From Eledone cirrhosa (taxonomy: Eukaryota): a stretch of DNA of 64,000 bases. Below are positions 57,336-64,000 of the stretch, piece by piece. Both the position numbers and the translations under genes were made by a program. How positions within the stretch are numbered: the stretch's first letter is position 1; each line of letters opens with the position of its first letter. Under the pieces are notes generated by a model that did not search any database, had not been told where the DNA came from, and was given only the letters and a program-made list of their open reading frames with translations. The stretch covers positions 35,042-99,041 of the forward strand of contig CAXHJY010000718.1 of assembly GCA_964016885.1 (NCBI GenBank), written 5' to 3'.

Positions 57336-57930
57336 TCCAGTGATTCTTTCCTGAGACATTCTAACCACATGTCCTGCCCATAGTATCAGAGCTGTAATCT
57401 CTCAATTCGGAGAAGTAGCGGCTCTACCTGGAGTGACTCTCCAGTGATTCTTTCCTGAGACATACTAACCACATGTCCATAGTATCAGAGCTGTGATCTC
57501 TCAATTAGAAGTAGCAGCTATACCTGGAGTGACTCTCCAGTGATTCTTTCCTGAGACATTCTAGCCACATGTCCATAGAATCGGAGCTGTGATCTCTCAA
57601 TTAGAAGTTGCAGCTATACCTGGAGTGACTCTCCAGTGATTCTTTCCTGAGACATTCTAGCCACATGTCCATAGTATCGGAGCTGTGATCTCTCAGTTGG
57701 GAGAAGTAGCAGCTATACCTGGAGTGACTCTCCAGTGATTCTTTCCTGAGACATTCTAGCCACATGTCCATAGTATCGGAGCTGTGATCTCTCAGTTGGG
57801 AGAAGTAGCAGCTATACCTGGAGTGACTCTCCAGTGATTCTTTCCTGAGACATTCTAACCACATGCCCATAGTATCGGAGCTGTGATCTCTCAATTCGGA
57901 GAATTAGTTGCCCTACTTAGAGTGACTCTC
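57336..57930. repeat. ~90-95-bp tandem repeat (about 6 copies) derived from an RTE-like LINE 3' fragment
   Basis: ccagtgattctttcctgagacattcta.ccacatg repeated. Continuous with the LINE tail at 57145-57335 and homologous to 29760-29990. Confidence 0.8.
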
Positions 57931-58491
57931 TGATCTCTGAACTACACAGTTTCGTAACTTAAAATTCTGAGTTCAAATTCAACAAGAGCTTCATATACTC
58001 TACTTCTCTGGAGCAGAGCTGACAGTCTTCAGTCTAACTAGGTAGCCACATAGTGCGCAGTTGTCAGAGAGGCGCATTACTGAACCTTAAAGGATCGCAG
58101 ATATCAATATATTTGACTGGGATTGTATATCAAATGTATGATTTCCTGTTTGCTTGTGTCTGTGTGTTTCTATGTGTTGGTGTGTGTGTGTTTGTATGAG
58201 TGTTGTATGAGGGATATATGTGTTTGTTTGTGTCTGTGTGTTTGTGAGTGTTGGTGTGTGTGTGATTGTATATATGTATCAGGGTTTTATGTGTTTGTGT
58301 GTGTGTGTGTGTTTGTGTGGTTTTGTATTATGTTTGTGTGTGTGTACGTGTTTGTCTGTGTGTGCGTGTCTGACTCTGCTTTTGTGTGTGCTTGTTTATG
58401 TGTGTTTGTTTGTTTTAAATAGTTTGTTGTGATTCTTTCAACAAAACATTTATATATATATCAATATTTACTCTATACTCTACACATTCAG

Positions 58492-58666
58492 GGGCGGTGA
58501 AATGGCAGTATCGGTAGAGGGTTGGACCCCATGCTTTCTAGCATAGTGGCGTCCCTTTACAGTCTGAGTTCAAATCCCGCCGAGGTTAACTTTGCCTTTC
58601 ATTCTTACGGTAAGTACCAGTAATGTACTGGGTAATTGCTGGCCTTGTGCCTAAAATAGAAACAAT
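58492..58666 (+). mobile_element. OK-like SINE
   Basis: Family homology. Confidence 0.75.
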
Positions 58667-59778
58667 ATTTCCTCTACACTCAAGTATTCCTCGTTGTGTG
58701 TTTAATATGTAAGTGTTTATGTTTGTTTGTACGTTTATTGTTGCTTGTTCAAGTTTTGAAGCATCTGGTAAAACAACTCAACTATCTTAAAAGGAATTTT
58801 AAATATTTTATTTATGAATAAATGATGTAGGAGATCAGTAGCAGTATAACTTCCTGGGCTTCTCTCCTTTCAACGAAATGACAGCGTCTCTATAATTTAA
58901 TACATTCATAGGTTACAGGTTAAAACCTTTAACAAATGGTAAACGAGTGAATTTCGTTGTCGGAACTCTCTGATTTGAAGTTAATAAATGATGTATGCTC
59001 AATGTTTGTAGATTAACGTAAAGTAAAATTTATGTTGAAATTTATATATAATTATATAATAAGTAAGTAACATATCACATTCATGCCAAAGGCCCTTCAT
59101 TTTTTGTGAAGTTGTAGAGGCGGCGTCGTGATAAATGGCTTGGGTATTTAAACCTGGTGGGGTCCCATTCCCTCTTCATGTCGTCTGAGCACAACCAATT
59201 TCTTCTATAGAAGAAGGATATAAAGAAATAGAGCGAGGGGAAGGGAACATCGACCTCCATAATAGAAGAGTGTTTTATTTGAACTCAGAGCGCAGAGAAT
59301 TTGAACGAATAGAGTAAAGCATTACATATGTTGTTCTAGTGACACTGCCAATTCGTCGCCTTAAGTTATCATAGCCACTTGTAAAAAATATATTGTAAAA
59401 TATATTAACTGACATCTTGGAAGAAAGATTTGTTTTAAATCATGAAACAAAAATACGAATAAATAGTATGTGATTCTATTTTCGTATCTAGTGATTGTCA
59501 AAAGTGTTCCCTGCTCAAATAATTGTTTCTAATATAGACACAAGGCTAGCACATACCCAGTGCATTACTGGTACTTTATTTTATCGGCCCAGTAAGGATG
59601 AAAGACAAAGTTAACCTCGGCGGGCGGGATTTCAACTCAGAATGGCAACTCAAAGCATGGCGCCCGACCCTCTACCGATACTGCCAATCCACCACCCTAA
59701 CATGGCGCCCGACCATCTATCGATACTGCCAATCCACCATACTTGTATATAAGAAAATCACTTTAGAATTTAATATTT

Positions 59779-59862
59779 TCGAGGGTCGTTTGAAAAGTTC
59801 ATAGGCTGACTAAGATACTCTCATGGAATGACCAAATGAGGTTTATTTTTCAACATAGTCCC
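59779..59862 (+). mobile_element. Mariner-like terminal remnant
   Basis: cgagggtcgtttgaaaagttc... resembles mariner TIR starts. No partner TIR seen. Confidence 0.4.
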
Positions 59863-59885
59863 TAGAAAGAAACAATGCAGTTATT

Positions 59886-59945
<60 letters not shown>

Positions 59946-59948
<3 letters not shown>

Positions 59949-59982
59949 GACGGGCTTCTGCAGTTTCCTTCAACAAGATATA

Positions 59983-60017
<35 letters not shown>

Positions 60018-60057
60018 CTTATTGAAGGAAACTGCAGAAACCTGTCGTATATATATA

Positions 60058-60115
<58 letters not shown>

Positions 60116-60143
60116 TGTTGAAGGAAACTGCAGAAGCCCGTCG

Positions 60144-60145
<2 letters not shown>
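59946..60145. repeat. Three ~30-bp SINE-tail fragments in both orientations within (TA)n
   Basis: cgacgggcttctgcagtttccttcaacaaga, matching the longer copy at 60964-61040. Confidence 0.7.
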
Positions 60146-60176
<31 letters not shown>

Positions 60177-60369
60177 ATATATTGTTATACTTGGGGAGGG
60201 TCATATTGTTATAATATTGCCAGAAATAATAACAGAACACACTCACTCTTTGGTTGGTTTTCGCTTCTGTATCTTTTATATCTCCATAGTTAATTTATAT
60301 GGCAATAAATGTTCATCATTGATTGACCAACGGTTAAAAATACAGATATAAATATATATATATAGTCTA

Positions 60370-60409
60370 TCAAAGTTCTTTCGTCACACATCTGTGACAT
60401 CATCAGTGG
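60370..60409 (-). ncRNA. Hammerhead motif related to family D
   Basis: Minus strand cca-CTGATGA-(t)gtcaca gatg tgtgac-GAAA-gaac-TT-tga. Confidence 0.65.
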
Positions 60410-61242
60410 TACTATTATGTTCCTCCCGTTGTATTGTAAAGTTACGCCATTTTTATTTAATCTATATATGTGTGTGTGCGTAAAAATCGATCGATAGACT
60501 AGGTACAAGACTTGAAAAAATATGTATTTGGGTGGATATGATCCACTAAATCAAGGTGGTGCCCCAGCATGGACGCAGTTTATTGGCTGAAACTATTAAA
60601 AGAGTAAAGTAAAATAAAAGAGTATAGTGTAGCGTAGTAGAACGGTAATATCTATACAAAGTACATGGCATTGACAGACATATTTTATTGTGAATTCTAG
60701 GGAAAGACCGCTTTAAAACATTGGACTGCATGTAATTAAATATATGTTGAGTTATCTATTTGAGTGGCTAATCTTTTAATCCACTATTTAAAGGGTCGAT
60801 AGTTTATATCCATTAGCATTTCTATTAAAAGACACTTTACTCAGAAAATCTGGTTCACCAAGTTCTAAATTAGCACCACGAAGAAGTAATGTTTCCAACA
60901 GAATAGAATTTACTTTAGGCACATTTGTGTGAAATAATAATTTGCGTGAATTTAAACTTAAATCGGGCTTCTGCAGTTTCCTTCAACAAGATTCCATTCA
61001 CAAGGCATTGGTCTACCCGAGGTTATAGTAAAAGAGACTTTTCTAAAAGTATTAAATTTATATAGTCTTGTATAAAGGTACATGTCGACGAATTGGTAGA
61101 TTTGCTACGGTCGTCAAATTAATACAGCCGTGGTATTTGTTCCGGCTTTGTGTTCTTTGAGTTCAACTTTTACTTTTCAGACTTTCAAGTCAACTTTTAC
61201 TTTTCAGACTTTCTAGATCTGTTTAAGTGCTCTTTAACTTTT

Positions 61243-61429
61243 ATTGTTTCTACTTTTGGCACAAGGCCAGCAATTATCCCAGTGTATTACTGGTACTTTA
61301 TTTTATCGACCCCGTAAGGATGAAAGGCAAAGTTAACCTCGGCGGGATTTAACTCAGATCATAAAGGGCCGTAACTCTATGCTATAACGCATGGTGTCCG
61401 ACCCTCTACCGATACTGCCAATCCACCGC
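61243..61429 (-). mobile_element. OK-like SINE
   Basis: Family homology. Confidence 0.8.
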
Positions 61430-62557
61430 TCAATTATAATGATAATGATAATAAACACTTTATTTTCTATTAGCCAATAATTTAGACTAGAAGGATTTCT
61501 AATCGATACTGAAACACTGAAAATCTGTGATGATTAATTGGCAGTTTAACGTTTAATTGCATCGATAGTCTGCATTCCTCACACCAACTGGCTACGTAGT
61601 CTGGTTTTCCTACATATTTCTTTCTGCAGTAATTTCTCTAATATGGAGAAGATATTTGGAAATGGAAGTAAAGCAGTTACATGCATTTGATTCATGTAAT
61701 ACGGATTATATGATGTTTGAGTATTTTTCATGGGTGCAATGTCTGAAGATTTTATTACCTTATATCTTTGTTTAGTATTATTCTAGGATTTGATCTATTA
61801 ACTTGTTTGTATGCTCGTTATTCATTAGTTTTTTTATTTTTATTTTCTTCTCTTCATTTCTTTATCTGCTGCTTCGTTTGTGAAGGAAAATTTAAATCCC
61901 CTTCTTAGCAAATAATTCACTACTGACATTTACAACCACCGAAGGATTTATTATTGTATTTCGTATACAAGGACGAAATACATTTGTTGTTTTCTATCGG
62001 GATGTTTATATCTAGAAATTGAGTAATTTTATTACCTGGAGATTTATTTGTGAAAACACATAGCTATGTGGTAAAGGTGTTAGACTTGTAATTATAAGGT
62101 CATGATTCAAACAAAGGCCCGGGTGGCCTATTGTGTTCAGGAAAAATATGCTTCATTTCTCGTTCATTTCTTGATATAATTGGCTCCCTTGTGATTAAAA
62201 CCTTCGAGAAATTTCTCATGAGGTAGAACTGTGAAAGAGGCCAGCTAAAACTATACAAGTGTGAGCTGTGAATTTTTTTAAGGGAATTTTTTTTAAGGGA
62301 ATTTTCTTCGTTTACTTCAAGATTGTTACAGAATGGTACGGTATGTCTTTTTGTCATTTCTCGATATCTTCCTATGTACCACGTAAAATATTCATTTTTG
62401 ATTTGATATCAATATAGTTTTTCCTTAGTACTCTATAAGCCTGGGACTGTATCAGATCTTTTCCAGCTATATCAAGCGATAAACTACTTTATATATATAT
62501 ATATGTATATATATTCATTGTAGTGTGTTGTTTGTTTTGTTGTTTTCCGTTTACTTT

Positions 62558-62661
<104 letters not shown>

Positions 62662-63352
62662 ATATATATGTATGTATGTATGTATGTATACATATGTATA
62701 TATACATATTTATATATACATATATATATCTATGTATATATATGTATGTATATGTATGTATATATATATGTACATGTATGTATATGTATGTATATATATA
62801 TGTACATGTATGTATATATATGAATATATATGTATGTATGTATGTGTATGTATGTATAAATATGTATGTATGTGTATGTATGTATGTGTATGTATGTATA
62901 AATATGTATGTATGTATGTGTGTGTATGTATGTATGTATATATATACATGTATATATATATGTATATATATATATATACATGTATGTATAGATGTATGTA
63001 TGTGTGTGTGAATATATAAATGTCATGTTCGTTCAATCATCTTACCAGAAGCCTAACATTATTTGTCTAAGCGGACAATACTTGATTTAGAAGTCGCAGA
63101 AACCCAAATGCTGGATTTTACCAACCATCCAGGGGTCCGGGTTAATTTTTTCAATCACATATTTTTTTATTTGTTTGACCCGAATTACTTGGTCGTTTCT
63201 ATGGTTGTGCGGATAACGGTTTAAGCATCGTCTCAGTGTGTTTGACCTTTAACGTATGTTGTAGCTCTGGTTCGTCAGAATTATTGAGCGCTTGGCACAC
63301 ATCTCGGAAGTTGTTTTTCACTAATTCCAAAGCCGAAATACGATTCTCGCTA

Positions 63353-63428
<76 letters not shown>

Positions 63429-63537
63429 GTCAATACTCATCTTTTACCATTTCTCCGAGGGTTCTTAACCCCACTATCAGGCTAAATAATTTCTTTAATT
63501 TCTTTAGTCAAAATACGGCGATAGCTTACATTTCTAA

Positions 63538-63615
<78 letters not shown>

Positions 63616-64000
63616 TATATATATATATATATAAGAAATAACTAAAGAACCAGTTGCGTATTAGACCATATTCCCAAATTCCTCGTCAAAGAATTACATG
63701 TAGAGAAAGAGAGGGATAAAAAAAGAAATGTCATGTTCGTTTAAGTTGACACTGCCTTTCAACTATTCAGGCTCCCTTATATTAATCCATAGTAATCATT
63801 TTTCCTGATCCGTTGATCCAGCTTCAAAACAAACTCCAAGCTATTAAGACAATCAATGGATACCTCTGGAACTTCCTGATAAAGCGGATTAGCCAACTAA
63901 CATACAAACCGTCCATTCTTCCAATAGATGGAAGCTCTCTGAAAAGATTCAGCAACAGAAATATTTATCTCGTCTATATATGTCCTTTCTTTCATTCTAT

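Noticed and set aside
63445-63510. Nuclear-receptor helix-10-like peptide [14 protein letters not shown] on the minus strand
   Set aside because: Short, with an in-frame stop just upstream and no other receptor motifs

Overview
Repeat-dominated, AT-rich eukaryotic DNA, very probably an octopus (inferred from the Octopus OK-type tRNA-derived SINE and the huge (TA)n/(CA)n/(CATA)n tracts). Almost all ORFs in the supplied track are microsatellite artefacts. Real coding sequence is limited to 5'-truncated non-LTR retrotransposons (two RTE-clade RT fragments, R4/Dong-like fragments) and one probable small host gene: a signal-peptide exon at 25351-25452 that may splice to a Cys-rich exon at 30194-30276. 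The most striking structure is a set of short, non-coding elements from several unrelated sequence families inserted in (TA)n tracts. They form long near-perfect palindromes and carry minimal type-I hammerhead ribozyme motifs (CTGANGA...GAAA..NTH with tiny, often palindromic stem III), the signature of Penelope-like element (PLE) pseudo-LTRs. In several families the palindrome axis falls inside hammerhead stem II and the CTGANGA half is lost, suggesting ribozyme-hairpin-primed fold-back during reverse transcription. All coordinates were read by eye and may be off by a few bases.
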